A stretch of DNA of 56,142 nucleotides, the filler included, from an uncultured bacterium (GTDB lineage Bacteria; AUK180), in NCBI GenBank assembly GCA_937863565.1. It is 4 parts of 4 records of this genome, joined end to end, with 100 filler letters (N's around TTAATTAATTAA, not from the genome) between each part and the next. Parts side by side here need not be neighbours in the genome. Positions count along the whole stretch, not along the records: positions 34,303 to 56,142 come from CALMGJ010000032.1; 3 more parts are not named here. One strand, given 5' to 3'. The translations under genes and the position numbers were made by a program. The notes below the pieces were generated by a model, which was not told where the DNA came from, ran no database searches, and saw only the letters and a program-made list of their open reading frames with translations. Of this stretch, positions 36,962 through 46,838 are shown piece by piece. Each line of letters opens with the position of its first letter. The first letter of the stretch is position 1.

Positions 36962-37698
36962 CTCTGAAGGTATTCCATCGTGAAAACGCCCTCCGGGACC
37001 TTCACGTCGAATTCGATACGCGTGAATTCCATGGTCGTTACGCTGTCCTTCCTCTTCATGTCCTTGATGACTATTTTAGTAGGCACGAAGCGTTCGCCGA
37101 TCTTTTTTACGTTTTCCGTCTCCATCGTTTTCAAAAGCCTGCCGCTTTTTGCGTAAAGTTCGGCTTTCCTCATTACAAAATTCCCTTTATCCACCCAGAT
37201 GATCTCTCTGTAATATGTAACGTCTTTCACGCCTTCCTTTGCCTTTATCTCTACTTTATAGCATTCCGACTCGCCGAACTTCTCCTCCGCAAGAATGGAT
37301 GAATCGTATTTCTTGTTGAGTTCTTCCATTCTTACCATATCCTCATACGAAAGATCGCTCCCCATCATGCCCTGTTTTAGCATGCTGCCGGCGATTTTCA
37401 TCACATCGTCGGCATCGGGAAAATAGATCCAGAGTTCGTCCGATCTCTTCAGGTATTTAACGCCCCGGTCCTCCGGGTTCGTGAATTCCATGAAGAAGGT
37501 CTCTTCATTGCTCTCGGCATAACCCTTGAATTCCTTCACCAGGGTTCTCTGGCCCTTCACGATCGTCATGACCCCGCCGTATTCCTGGGTAACGCCCACA
37601 TTGTTCTCATCGAGTCTGCGGATGATCTCGTCCGCAGTGATGGCAAAGATATTCGCAAATAATATCAGGCACATAAGAGTTACCGTCGTTCTTTTCAT
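36958..37698 (-). CDS. Outer-membrane lipoprotein-sorting protein (LolA-like)
   Basis: FTNPEDRGVKYL; LWIYFP; MMGSDLSYED; IWVDK; YAKSGRLLK. Confidence 0.87.
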   Translation of the reverse strand: MKRTTVTLMCLILFANIFAITADEIIRRLDENNVGVTQEYGGVMTIVKGQRTLVKEFKGYAESNEETFFMEFTNPEDRGVKYLKRSDELWIYFPDADDVMKIAGSMLKQGMMGSDLSYEDMVRMEELNKKYDSSILAEEKFGESECYKVEIKAKEGVKDVTYYREIIWVDKGNFVMRKAELYAKSGRLLKTMETENVKKIGERFVPTKIVIKDMKRKDSVTTMEFTRIEFDVKVPEGVFTMEYLQR

Positions 37699-37709
37699 AA
37701 TGCCTCCAC

Positions 37710-37764
37710 TTTGACCGGGTGGTCAAACCTAGTATATTATAACCAATTGATCCCGAAAAGTCAA
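37710..37764 (-). promoter_or_regulatory. sigma70 promoter with a downstream palindromic operator
   Basis: TTGACT(37764-37759)-N17-TATAAT(37741-37736); TTTGACC-N4-GGTCAAA at 37710-37727 immediately before the GGAGG RBS. Confidence 0.72.
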
Positions 37765-37842
37765 AGAAAAAATATAAGTTCCCGCATTAAACTCCGGATT
37801 TTCAGAAAAAATGAGTCATTTGAGTAAAAAAGAGCGAAAAAC

Positions 37843-37871
37843 TTGAAAATATCATGTTTTTTTTATAAAAT
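37843..37871 (+). promoter_or_regulatory. sigma70 promoter of the long plus-strand operon
   Basis: TTGAAA-N17-TAAAAT, followed by GGAGG RBS and ATG 37896. Confidence 0.6.
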
Positions 37872-37895
37872 AATAACTAATGTAATGGAGGTTTT

Positions 37896-38870
37896 ATGAA
37901 GGCACTGATAACCGGAATTACCGGCTTCGCGGGAAGCCACCTTGCAGATCATATTCTGAAACACTATCCGGAATGGAAGATCTACGGATTTAAAAGATGG
38001 CGATCCAGGGATGAGAACATCATACATCTTATGGACAAAGTGGAACTTCATGATGTGGATGTGAAGGATTTTACCGCAGTGAACAGGTTCATCGAAGAGA
38101 TCAAACCGGACAGGATATTCCACCTTGCCGCTCAGAGTTTCGTACCCACTTCCTGGAAAGCGCCGATGGAAACGCTCAACACGAACATCGCCGGACAGGT
38201 AAATATATTCGAAGCCATTCGCCAGCATAACCTTCAGGATGGCACCGTCGTTCAGATAGCCTGTTCGTCCGAGGAATACGGAATGGTCCATCCTGACGAA
38301 GTGCCGATAAAGGAAACGAATCCTCTCAGGCCGCTTTCTCCCTATGCCGTTTCCAAGGTTACTCAGGATTATCTCGGATATCAGTACCATCAAAGTTACG
38401 GAATAAAGGCCATCCGCACGAGGACATTCAATCATACCGGGCCGAGAAGGGGAGAAGTATTCGTCACATCGAATTTCTGCAAACAGGTAGCCCTCATCGA
38501 AGCTAAGATACAACCGCCCGTGATCAAAGTTGGCAATCTCGAAGCTAAAAGGGATTTCACCGATGTTCGGGATGTCGTGCGCGCCTATTGGCTCGCCGCC
38601 GAGAAATGCGAACCCGGCGAAGTGTACAATATCGCCTCGAATAAAGCGTACAGGATACAGGATGTTGTCGATATGCTGATAAAGATGGCTTCGATCAAGA
38701 TCGATATCGAACAGGACCCCGAGAGAATGCGGCCTTCCGATGTCATGATACTTCTTGGAGATTATTCTAAATTCAATCAGAGAACGGGATGGAAACCCGA
38801 GATCCCGTTCGAGAAAACCCTTGAGGATACGCTGAATTACTGGAGAAAAAAGATTGCCGCCAATCTCTGA
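37896..38870 (+). CDS. GDP-mannose 4,6-dehydratase / GDP-6-deoxy-mannose reductase-like SDR
   Basis: ITGITGFAGSHL; HLAAQSFVPTSW; SSEEYG; SPYAVSK; FNHTGPRR; GNLEAKRDFTDVRD. Confidence 0.88.
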   Translation: MKALITGITGFAGSHLADHILKHYPEWKIYGFKRWRSRDENIIHLMDKVELHDVDVKDFTAVNRFIEEIKPDRIFHLAAQSFVPTSWKAPMETLNTNIAGQVNIFEAIRQHNLQDGTVVQIACSSEEYGMVHPDEVPIKETNPLRPLSPYAVSKVTQDYLGYQYHQSYGIKAIRTRTFNHTGPRRGEVFVTSNFCKQVALIEAKIQPPVIKVGNLEAKRDFTDVRDVVRAYWLAAEKCEPGEVYNIASNKAYRIQDVVDMLIKMASIKIDIEQDPERMRPSDVMILLGDYSKFNQRTGWKPEIPFEKTLEDTLNYWRKKIAANL

Positions 38871-39267
38871 CAGGATAACATACAGGCCCATCTACGGCGA
38901 CTGCGACAGAATGGGAGTTCTGTATAATGCAAATTATCTGAGACTCTTCGAAATGGGGCGCACGGAACTTTTACGCAAAAGCGGACTTTCATATGACGAA
39001 TTCGAGAAGATGGGTTTTATCCTTCCCGTGGCCCGCGCGCGGATCGAATTCAAGAAACCCGTCAAATACGATGAGCCCGTGGATATTATTACATCCGTAA
39101 AAACCCATGACAGGATCAAGATAACCTTCGATTACGAGATACGGAACAGCGAATTCCTCCTTGCCGCCGGCGAAACAGTGCATACAACGCTGAATAGGGA
39201 CGGAAAGCTCATAGAGGTTCCCGAATTCCTCGTAAGGATCCTTGAAGGTGAAAGATTCCATAAATGA
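38854..39267 (+). CDS. Acyl-CoA thioesterase (YbgC/4HBT family)
   Basis: YGDCDRMGVLYNANYLRLFEMGRTE; LPV....IEFKKPVKYDE. Confidence 0.88.
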   Translation: MPPISDRITYRPIYGDCDRMGVLYNANYLRLFEMGRTELLRKSGLSYDEFEKMGFILPVARARIEFKKPVKYDEPVDIITSVKTHDRIKITFDYEIRNSEFLLAAGETVHTTLNRDGKLIEVPEFLVRILEGERFHK

Positions 39268-39985
39268 AGCCTTCGGGCTGCTCAAAGATTCCCGCAAAGT
39301 GATCGCGCTCACCGGCGCGGGTATTTCCACATCCGCAGGTATTCCGGATTTCAGAAGCCCGGAAGGGCTTTACAGCATTCCCGGTTTTTCCGAAGAAATG
39401 CTTTCCATAGATTATTTCCTTAAGGACCCCGTGCCCTTCTGGACGGTGAAAAAGGATTTCATCGGAACGCTTCAAAGCATACAGCCTACGAGGATGCATC
39501 AATTCCTTCATCATCTCGAGACCAGGGGGCACGAGGTCACTGTTATCACTCAGAACATAGACGGCCTTCATAAAAAGGCGGGATCTTCACGGGTCATCGA
39601 ATTCCACGGATCCCTCGAGAAGATCTACTGCATGAAATGCGGAAAGGACTTCACACTCGCCGGGATCCATAGAAAGCTTAAACATGGAGAAATGCCTCCT
39701 TTATGCGAATGCGGCGGCAGCATCCGTCCCGATGTCGTTCTTTTCGGCGAACAGGTACGCGGCATTGAAGAATCTTTTGCCGAAATGAAGAATGCCGATC
39801 TTATGGTCATCATTGGCACGTCTCTTGCCGTAGCACCGGCTTCAACGCTCCCATCTCTTTTCGGAGGTAAGATCATTACGGTGAACAAGGGCCGGATGTA
39901 TGCTCCTATCATACCTGTTGTGTCCGTCGAAACAGATATACAAATTGTAGCGGACCGGTTCTTCGAACTTTATGAAACGTTCTGA
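39242..39985 (+). CDS. Sir2-family NAD-dependent deacylase
   Basis: GAGISTSAGIPDFRS; TQNIDGLH; FHGS...CMKC..CECGG.IRPDVVLFGE; GTSL. Confidence 0.92.
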   Translation: MKVKDSINEAFGLLKDSRKVIALTGAGISTSAGIPDFRSPEGLYSIPGFSEEMLSIDYFLKDPVPFWTVKKDFIGTLQSIQPTRMHQFLHHLETRGHEVTVITQNIDGLHKKAGSSRVIEFHGSLEKIYCMKCGKDFTLAGIHRKLKHGEMPPLCECGGSIRPDVVLFGEQVRGIEESFAEMKNADLMVIIGTSLAVAPASTLPSLFGGKIITVNKGRMYAPIIPVVSVETDIQIVADRFFELYETF

Positions 39986-41453
39986 CGCGGCGGTCATTCT
40001 CCTGTTCATCTTTCTTTTCTTTTCCCGCGCAATATTCATCGGCAGTTATCCCGGATGGCATGCCGACGAATGCAGATACAGGGAACTTTCACTGAATTAT
40101 ATTAACGGGCATTTCATCCTCGATAATCTTAAAATATCCATGATAAACCACTGGGTAGCCCACGGCCCGCTTTTCATTTATCTTCAAGGCCTTATCGTAA
40201 AAGTGTTCGGCACGAACCCGTTCACTATGAGGCTGCTTCCGCTGATATTCTTCATGATGGGGGTTTATTTCTGCTTCAGGTTAGTAAAAGCAATGATCGG
40301 TCAAGGGGCGGGAACAGTATATCTGATCATTCATCTCCTCCTTTTTAACCTCAATATATGGGAGCGGACCTCGCTTCCCTATGTGATGCTGTTCGGACTT
40401 TATGCCGCATCTGCTTTTTACTTCCGGATGTACTCGGATACGGGCAGCTCGAAATATCTTTACGCACTTGCCGCGCTCATTGCCGCATCCGTTCTTGTTG
40501 CGTTCTATTCTTTTCTTTTATCGGCTTATTTCATATTTTATGCGGTCAGGAAGGACAGGAAGGCCTGGCTCCCCGCTCTTATCCCCGTATCGGTTGTGAT
40601 CATTTTTGTTTTTACGGATATCCTGCTAAACGGGAAATTCGCCATTCTCGGCCTGCGTGAAATGGTGCCTCTCTATTCCCACGGCGACAGCAGATTGCTT
40701 GCACTGCCTCTGATGTTCTTTATGAATATCTGGGAATTCATGACGATAAATCCCGTGTATTCGTTAGGACTTTGCTATCTGATCATCAGAAAAGAATTGA
40801 GGGGACTTTTCGTTCTTTTCGTCATTTTTTCCGCCCTTCATTTCATAAGGCCCGTATATTATGTATCGCTTCACCAGTACCCGATAACCGCCTATGCTTT
40901 CCCGGCGGTGATAGGCGCCTCTATTTTCCTTTACGATATATTCGTGAAAAAAGGGCTTCTCTACAAGGCGGCATTCATGATCCTTCTTGCCGTATTTTCC
41001 TGGGAAAGCGGGAAAGTGATCACGCGTTCTCCCGATTACCCGCTTTCGCATCTGGCAATGAATGATATGAAAAACGCATATGCCGCGACGGAATATCTGA
41101 ACCGGGAACTCTGTGACGGGGTCGTGATCACTACAAGGCACTATGCTTGGCTCATCAAAGGGAAGAAGGCGGAATTCACAGAATGGAATGCGTATGAATC
41201 ACTGTCTGAAAAAGGAAAAGAACCCGAATATCCTGCGGACGGATTCCTTTTCAAAACTGATATCGGCAGTATTAAATACATTATCATAGACCCTTATTTC
41301 TTTAATTTTAATATCTTTCAGGACTATGTGAAGGAACTCAACGGGAAGTACCGTTTCTTCGAGATCGGGGATATGGGGGCAGTAAATTTCCTATGGCCGG
41401 AAGAAACGGGTTTCGGCCAGATCAAATTGCTCAGGAACCCCGGTTACCGATGA
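39972..41453 (+). CDS. GT-C fold glycosyltransferase (PMT/ArnT-like)
   Basis: WHADE loop; HGPLF.YL; FG...F.MRL; many TM segments. Confidence 0.7.
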   Translation: MKRSDAAVILLFIFLFFSRAIFIGSYPGWHADECRYRELSLNYINGHFILDNLKISMINHWVAHGPLFIYLQGLIVKVFGTNPFTMRLLPLIFFMMGVYFCFRLVKAMIGQGAGTVYLIIHLLLFNLNIWERTSLPYVMLFGLYAASAFYFRMYSDTGSSKYLYALAALIAASVLVAFYSFLLSAYFIFYAVRKDRKAWLPALIPVSVVIIFVFTDILLNGKFAILGLREMVPLYSHGDSRLLALPLMFFMNIWEFMTINPVYSLGLCYLIIRKELRGLFVLFVIFSALHFIRPVYYVSLHQYPITAYAFPAVIGASIFLYDIFVKKGLLYKAAFMILLAVFSWESGKVITRSPDYPLSHLAMNDMKNAYAATEYLNRELCDGVVITTRHYAWLIKGKKAEFTEWNAYESLSEKGKEPEYPADGFLFKTDIGSIKYIIIDPYFFNFNIFQDYVKELNGKYRFFEIGDMGAVNFLWPEETGFGQIKLLRNPGYR

Positions 41454-43744
41454 ATATAGCCGTTCCTGTCCTCTCCCTTATTACCGTATTTTTCCTGTTC
41501 AAGTTCAAACCGGGGTCCGTTAAATATGTCATCTATCTTTTCCTGGCATGTTTCGCGGTATTCCTTTTCAGGTACTTGCTGTTCCACCATACGCATTCTG
41601 CGGATATGCCGGCTCATTTAACAAGAACTGCCGTTCTGGCGGAGTACTTAAAAAAAGGGATCCTGTTCCCTGTCATGCAGAGGGATATTTTCACCGGAAT
41701 GAACCTGTATTTTTTCAGTCAGCCGATATTTCTGTTCTATCCCGGGTCCTTCTATCTTGTTCCTGCCGCGCTGAACCTTGCAGGTCTGCCGGATCATACT
41801 TCTATAAGGATATGCGCACTTTTCATATTCCTTGCCGGGTCTTTTTTCACATATAAGGTCTTTAAGAAAAAGACCGGAACCTTCACGGCTTTGTGCATTG
41901 CGGTCTTATACACCTTCATCCCGCTCAGGACGAATCAGATCTTCTTAAGGGCTGCCGTACCGGAAGCGTTATCCTTTCTCTTTTTTCCATTGATACTTCA
42001 TTTTCTGGAAAGAAAGATATCCGCGGCCCTATTATTGTATTTCATCTCGATAGTCTTGTATCCTTTGAATGCGGTCATACTGCTTCTGCCGCTCGCCATA
42101 CACTCCGTTATAATCAGGAACCCCCGTTTTGCCGTTTACGCGGCGCTCTCCACGGCTTTTTATATCCTTCCTGTATATATCATGGCGGGGTACTTAAGCG
42201 CGGCCGGCGGGGGATTCGATCTCAGTCGCGAGGTATGGGGCATTAAGGACATTATAATACCGCGTTTCTCAGCCGGCCTTGTGGAAAGCGGAAAAGCCGT
42301 ACCCGGCGCTTTTGCTCTCGGCCCTTTGTTCATTCTTTTTGCCGCAGTCGTTTTCATAAAAAGAAAAAAGCGGGGTATTCTCTTTGCGGCATTCTTTCTC
42401 GTTTTTATCCTGATGAGCTTTTGGGCGCGCTTTCTGCCCATTCTTGCACCGATCCAGATACCCGGCCGCTTCATGATCCCCGCCGTATTCATCGTGTTCT
42501 CCCTACTTTATCTTTTCGGCATTCCGGAAAATACCGTACGCATTTTTGCTGCAGCCTCGATCTGCGCCGTGATATATCCGCTTCTCTGGAACCAGAAGGG
42601 TTTTCTTGAAGGAACAAGGTTCCAGAAAACGCATTTCATCATTGAATACGGAGACAGGAAGATCCAGGTCGATCCTCAAAAGAACGGCTATACAAAAAGC
42701 ATTCCTCTCGAAGGGTTTCGCGGCGGCAAGCTTATCATAGAAAAACGCAAATATCCCGTTCTGATAAATGCGCTGATTCTGAAACGTGACAAAGCAAATG
42801 CCCGCGCAATCTCTCTCGGGGATCATATAGTGAAGAATAAGAATTTTTCGATCGCAAAAACATATCATCCCATGTATTATCCGGTGACCTCCGTATTTTC
42901 ACAGAACCGTTCCGACGGGTATCTTGAATGCGATATTCCGCCTTTTGAAGGGGATGCGTACCTGTTGTGCTGGAACCGCAACGATCTGAAGAGGCCGGAA
43001 AAGGGGTATCTTCCATCGTATACTCGGCCGGCAGCAGCGAAGGAATTGAAGGACTATTTCATGTTTATGGAAGGTCCGTGCGCAGTAACGGATGATCTTC
43101 CGGAAGATGCTGTTCCGCTTGGTGAAAAAATAGAAAGAAAAGGAGAATATAAACTTTGCGTTCTGGCCGCCGGCCTCGGCAGCGGAAGGAAAAAAGCGCG
43201 TGTTTTTGTGAAAGGTATCCCGTGTGATATTGAGACCGGTCTCGGCCGCCCGGGAGCCGGATTCGTGATCTATCCGGATACTTTCTATATGGAAGAAGGA
43301 GAGACCTTTTCGGCGCTATTTGAAGAGTACGGCATCAATGAATTTCCCGATTATGTACAAAGGGGGATCAGGACCGAGCCGGAGAAGAATAATGAGATTA
43401 AAGGCCTTTACATGGTGCCGTTCGACTTCTCTTTCACAAGGGTGCTTACAGCCTCAGGAGAGCGGGTCGAATTCGCGGTTCCGGTTCCCGTCCGTGTTTT
43501 CTTCGATTCTTGGAATTTCAGATTCTACGAACTGGAGCTTGACGGGAAAACACTTGAAAATAACGGGGATTTTTTATTAAATATATATGCAGACAAAGGA
43601 AAGCATGTTCTAAAGATAGCGGTTAAGCCCCCTCTGTACGCATTGATATTTAGAGTTCTTTCCATTCTTTTGCTGATAGGAGTATTTTTATATGAAAATA
43701 AGCGTGATCGTTCCGATGCCTCCGTCGCGGAAAGAACCCGCTAA
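41450..43744 (+). CDS. Large membrane protein, PTPS-related/YfhO-like GT-C fold
   Basis: DMPAHL.R; FYPGSFY; LYTFIP.R....FLRAAVPE; IQIPGRF; start at MNIAV overlaps the previous stop. Confidence 0.65.
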   Translation: MNIAVPVLSLITVFFLFKFKPGSVKYVIYLFLACFAVFLFRYLLFHHTHSADMPAHLTRTAVLAEYLKKGILFPVMQRDIFTGMNLYFFSQPIFLFYPGSFYLVPAALNLAGLPDHTSIRICALFIFLAGSFFTYKVFKKKTGTFTALCIAVLYTFIPLRTNQIFLRAAVPEALSFLFFPLILHFLERKISAALLLYFISIVLYPLNAVILLLPLAIHSVIIRNPRFAVYAALSTAFYILPVYIMAGYLSAAGGGFDLSREVWGIKDIIIPRFSAGLVESGKAVPGAFALGPLFILFAAVVFIKRKKRGILFAAFFLVFILMSFWARFLPILAPIQIPGRFMIPAVFIVFSLLYLFGIPENTVRIFAAASICAVIYPLLWNQKGFLEGTRFQKTHFIIEYGDRKIQVDPQKNGYTKSIPLEGFRGGKLIIEKRKYPVLINALILKRDKANARAISLGDHIVKNKNFSIAKTYHPMYYPVTSVFSQNRSDGYLECDIPPFEGDAYLLCWNRNDLKRPEKGYLPSYTRPAAAKELKDYFMFMEGPCAVTDDLPEDAVPLGEKIERKGEYKLCVLAAGLGSGRKKARVFVKGIPCDIETGLGRPGAGFVIYPDTFYMEEGETFSALFEEYGINEFPDYVQRGIRTEPEKNNEIKGLYMVPFDFSFTRVLTASGERVEFAVPVPVRVFFDSWNFRFYELELDGKTLENNGDFLLNIYADKGKHVLKIAVKPPLYALIFRVLSILLLIGVFLYENKRDRSDASVAERTR

Positions 43745-44603
43745 TTCCGCGCTGCTCGGAAAATTAAAAGAAAAAGGGGCCGAGATAATAATCGTGAAAG
43801 GCCTGAACCCGTCCCTTCAGAGGAATCAGGGAGTAAAAGCTTCAACAGGGGAAGTAATCTATTTTCTGGACGAGGATTCCTTCCCTTCTCTTGAGAACCT
43901 TGAGATGATCAGAAATGAATTCGGGAAGAGCGGCACAGATATACTGGGCGGCCCGTCGGTCATTCCGGACGAGGGCGGCACTTTGGAAGAGGTCTTTTAC
44001 AATATCTTCTCTACGAACCTCGTCGTCGGCAGACTTGCGTCAAGATACAAGGAACGCGGAAAAAGAAGAAGAACGGACGAAGGCGAACTGATACTGTGCA
44101 ATATGGCCGTTAGAAGGTCGTTATTCGACGATCTTGGAGGATTTGCCGAAGACCTGTACCCGAACGAAGAGAACGAGTTCATCCAGAGGGCGTTGAAGAA
44201 AAAGGCGAATGTGATCTACGAACCCTCTTTCACAGTGAAAAAGACACTTGATATAAAAGCCGGCGAGTTCATCGCACTTTTATTGAAATACGGCCGGGGC
44301 AGAGGCATGCAGACGAGAAGGTATTTTAAAACTACAAATATCCTGAAACTCGCGCCTGTTCTTTTCATTCCCGTGATCGCAGTCTCCCTCATAGTGAAAC
44401 CGTTGGAATATATCTTCGATCTTTATCTTATTTATCTTCTTGCTCTTTCAATGGTGCTTTCGGGATGGTCGTTCCTCACTTTCTTTCACTACCTTCTGTT
44501 CATTCCCGCAACACATATGTTCTACGGTCTCGGCATCCTTGCCGGACTTTTCTCCAAGGCGAAGAGAGCCATGTCAACGGAAACAGAAATGATCAGGATG
44601 TGA
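43692..44603 (+). CDS. Glycosyltransferase family 2
   Basis: ISVIVP; QRNQGVKASTGEVIYFLDED; CNMAVRR..F...GGF.E.LYPNEENEF; YGRGRG. Confidence 0.87.
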   Translation: MKISVIVPMPPSRKEPANSALLGKLKEKGAEIIIVKGLNPSLQRNQGVKASTGEVIYFLDEDSFPSLENLEMIRNEFGKSGTDILGGPSVIPDEGGTLEEVFYNIFSTNLVVGRLASRYKERGKRRRTDEGELILCNMAVRRSLFDDLGGFAEDLYPNEENEFIQRALKKKANVIYEPSFTVKKTLDIKAGEFIALLLKYGRGRGMQTRRYFKTTNILKLAPVLFIPVIAVSLIVKPLEYIFDLYLIYLLALSMVLSGWSFLTFFHYLLFIPATHMFYGLGILAGLFSKAKRAMSTETEMIRM

Positions 44604-45676
44604 TGAGGGTAAAAAGTCTCGTCTCTGCCATTAATTTCATTCTGGGAGGCCGCAAGCCCCTATCGGGCCCGATAAAGGTGCATTGGGACCTCGAATACCG
44701 GTGCAATTCGAGATGCCTGAACTGCGTAAGGTGGAAACTCGATGCGCCGTCAGATCAATTGGATACGGATACGGCGCTGAAACTCATCTCCGAGATAGCT
44801 GCGCTCGGAACCGATACGCTTTCCTTTGCCGGCAATGAGCCGATGCTCAGAGAGGATATCTTCATCCTTATCGAACGCGCGAAAAAGGAAGGGCTGAAGG
44901 TTTCTCTTAATACGAACGGACTCAGTCTCTGCGAAGAGAGAATTAAGAAACTGGCCGCGCTCGGAACGGACATGATCTATTTCTCGCTTGACGGACCGAA
45001 CGCGGAGATTCATGACAGGATACGGGGTGTTCCCGGCGGCTTCGAGCGCATCATATCGGCAAAGAACGTTTTGCGGCGTTTTTCCGGCAAGATAAGCATC
45101 ATGGCCAATACCGTGGCCAACCGCATCAATATCCCCTATCTTTACGACACCGTGAAAATTGTCAAAGAAGAGGGTTTCGACGGGATCATGATACAACCCG
45201 TCCATGAAGTGAAGGAGTTCTTCCAAACGGAAGGAGGCACGTCTGTAAGGGAAGAGGATATTCCTGCCATGAAAGAACAGATAGAAAGGATACTGAAGGA
45301 ATACGGGGAAATGATCCCTCTTCCGCCGACATATCTTAAGGAATTCGGGACATTTTATCGCTCTCCCTCTGAATTGTACAAATACAGATGTACCGCAGGA
45401 TACATGACGATGGATATAAGACAGAACGGCGAGATCGTTCCCTGTCCGGTGGGTTTCGATACGGCAGGGATATATAAACCGGGGAATATGAAGGGGCTCT
45501 GGTACGGCGCGGAATTCAACCGAATCAGGAAGAACATCAAGAACCGCAATCATCCGGTCTGCTGGTTCGCCTGCATCATTCCGATCAATATCATGTTCTA
45601 TCGCATAAGAAGGTTCAGTTTCGGGGAAGTATTTTCCGGAAACCTTTTCAAGCATATTCTGAAAAAACTCAGATGA
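44603..45676 (+). CDS. Radical SAM protein with SPASM/twitch-like C-terminus
   Basis: CNSRCLNC; GNEPMLR; NTNG; SLDG...EIHD.IRG; CTAG......NGEIVPC; CWFAC. Confidence 0.87.
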   Translation: MRVKSLVSAINFILGGRKPLSGPIKVHWDLEYRCNSRCLNCVRWKLDAPSDQLDTDTALKLISEIAALGTDTLSFAGNEPMLREDIFILIERAKKEGLKVSLNTNGLSLCEERIKKLAALGTDMIYFSLDGPNAEIHDRIRGVPGGFERIISAKNVLRRFSGKISIMANTVANRINIPYLYDTVKIVKEEGFDGIMIQPVHEVKEFFQTEGGTSVREEDIPAMKEQIERILKEYGEMIPLPPTYLKEFGTFYRSPSELYKYRCTAGYMTMDIRQNGEIVPCPVGFDTAGIYKPGNMKGLWYGAEFNRIRKNIKNRNHPVCWFACIIPINIMFYRIRRFSFGEVFSGNLFKHILKKLR

Positions 45677-46362
45677 AGATATCAAAAGGATACGTTATCG
45701 AAAAAAGACCCGCCAACGACACGGATGCTTTCGTGAAGATCGTTTCACCTGAAGGAGTATCGGGGTTCATCGTCCCCAGGGGCTCTCACAGATCATCCGA
45801 TCTTGCCGCGGTATTCACGCCTTTCACTTTGGTGAACGGCATCTGTTATTCATCATCGCAGGGCGACCGGAGGGTCGTATATGATCACGGCTCATACGAG
45901 ATACTTCCGTACGGAAAGCTTCAAGACGAGGCAAGGATGCGGGCGGTGCGTGTTCTTTTCACGGCCTTTTCATCCTTGTCCGGACCTTTTGACAGCGCCC
46001 TTTTCGATATTTTCGAGAACACACTGCGTTCGATCCTCTTCAAGAAAGATGATCCCCGGGGGATCATGTTGAGTTTCATGCTCTCTTATCTTGAGACAGA
46101 AGGTATTTTTCCCGAATCGGAGAGGTGTTTCTCTTGCGGGAAAAAGAGCGATCTGGATTTCTTTTCTCCCGAAGGCGGAATTATTTGCGTGAATTGTGCG
46201 GCTTCCTCTACCGTGCGTCCGGCAGGGGATGGCTTGATCAGGCTTCTCAAGTATGCAAAGAAGAATCCCCGTAAAATACTGGAAAAAACTCATTGGAAAG
46301 ATGAAATATTAGAATATTATGGTATAATAAAAGAATTCTTTGATCACAGTGTGCACAGGTGA
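45673..46362 (+). CDS. recO: DNA repair protein RecO (divergent)
   Basis: N-terminal OB-like region; GIFPESERCFSCG...FSPEGGIICVNC zinc finger. Confidence 0.7.
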   Translation: MKISKGYVIEKRPANDTDAFVKIVSPEGVSGFIVPRGSHRSSDLAAVFTPFTLVNGICYSSSQGDRRVVYDHGSYEILPYGKLQDEARMRAVRVLFTAFSSLSGPFDSALFDIFENTLRSILFKKDDPRGIMLSFMLSYLETEGIFPESERCFSCGKKSDLDFFSPEGGIICVNCAASSTVRPAGDGLIRLLKYAKKNPRKILEKTHWKDEILEYYGIIKEFFDHSVHR

Positions 46363-46838
46363 AAGCAGGAATAGGATATGATCTTCACAGAACCGAACCA
46401 GGGGACGGCGTTTTTCTCGGCGGCGTCTTTATAAAGGCGGATTACCGTTTTGTCGCCCACTCAGACGGTGATGTGGTGCTGCATGCCCTTACGGATGCCA
46501 TTCTCGGCGCCATAGGAGAAGATGATCTCGGTACGCATTTTCCTCCCGACGACGAAAAGTGGAAGGGCGCCTCGAGCGCAGACCTTCTCAAGATCGTTCT
46601 CCGGAAGTACTCCGGACATATAGGAAAGATCATCAATACAGATATTGTGCTCATCATCGAAACCCCTAAGATGGCGCTTCATCAAAAAGCGATCAAAGAA
46701 AATCTAGCCATGCTTCTAGGGACCGATATGAAAAGGATCGGCTTTAAGATAAAATCCGGCGAGGGTATCGGTGACGTGGGAGAAGGCAGGGCCGTGGCAT
46801 GCCATTGCATCATCCTTCTGGAGGGTAATGATGCATAA
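46359..46838 (+). CDS. ispF: 2-C-methyl-D-erythritol 2,4-cyclodiphosphate synthase
   Basis: GIGYDLH; LGGV; HSDGDVVLHALTDAILGA..DLGTHFP. Confidence 0.93.
   Translation: MKAGIGYDLHRTEPGDGVFLGGVFIKADYRFVAHSDGDVVLHALTDAILGAIGEDDLGTHFPPDDEKWKGASSADLLKIVLRKYSGHIGKIINTDIVLIIETPKMALHQKAIKENLAMLLGTDMKRIGFKIKSGEGIGDVGEGRAVACHCIILLEGNDA

Noticed and set aside
37863-38891. 342-aa minus-strand ORF opposite the GDP-sugar SDR
   Set aside because: Antisense shadow; the plus strand has the promoter, RBS and all SDR motifs
39242-39985. Sirtuin as an anti-phage Sir2 effector (Thoeris/DSR-like)
   Set aside because: Canonical zinc-binding CobB-type deacylase within a housekeeping operon; no defence partners
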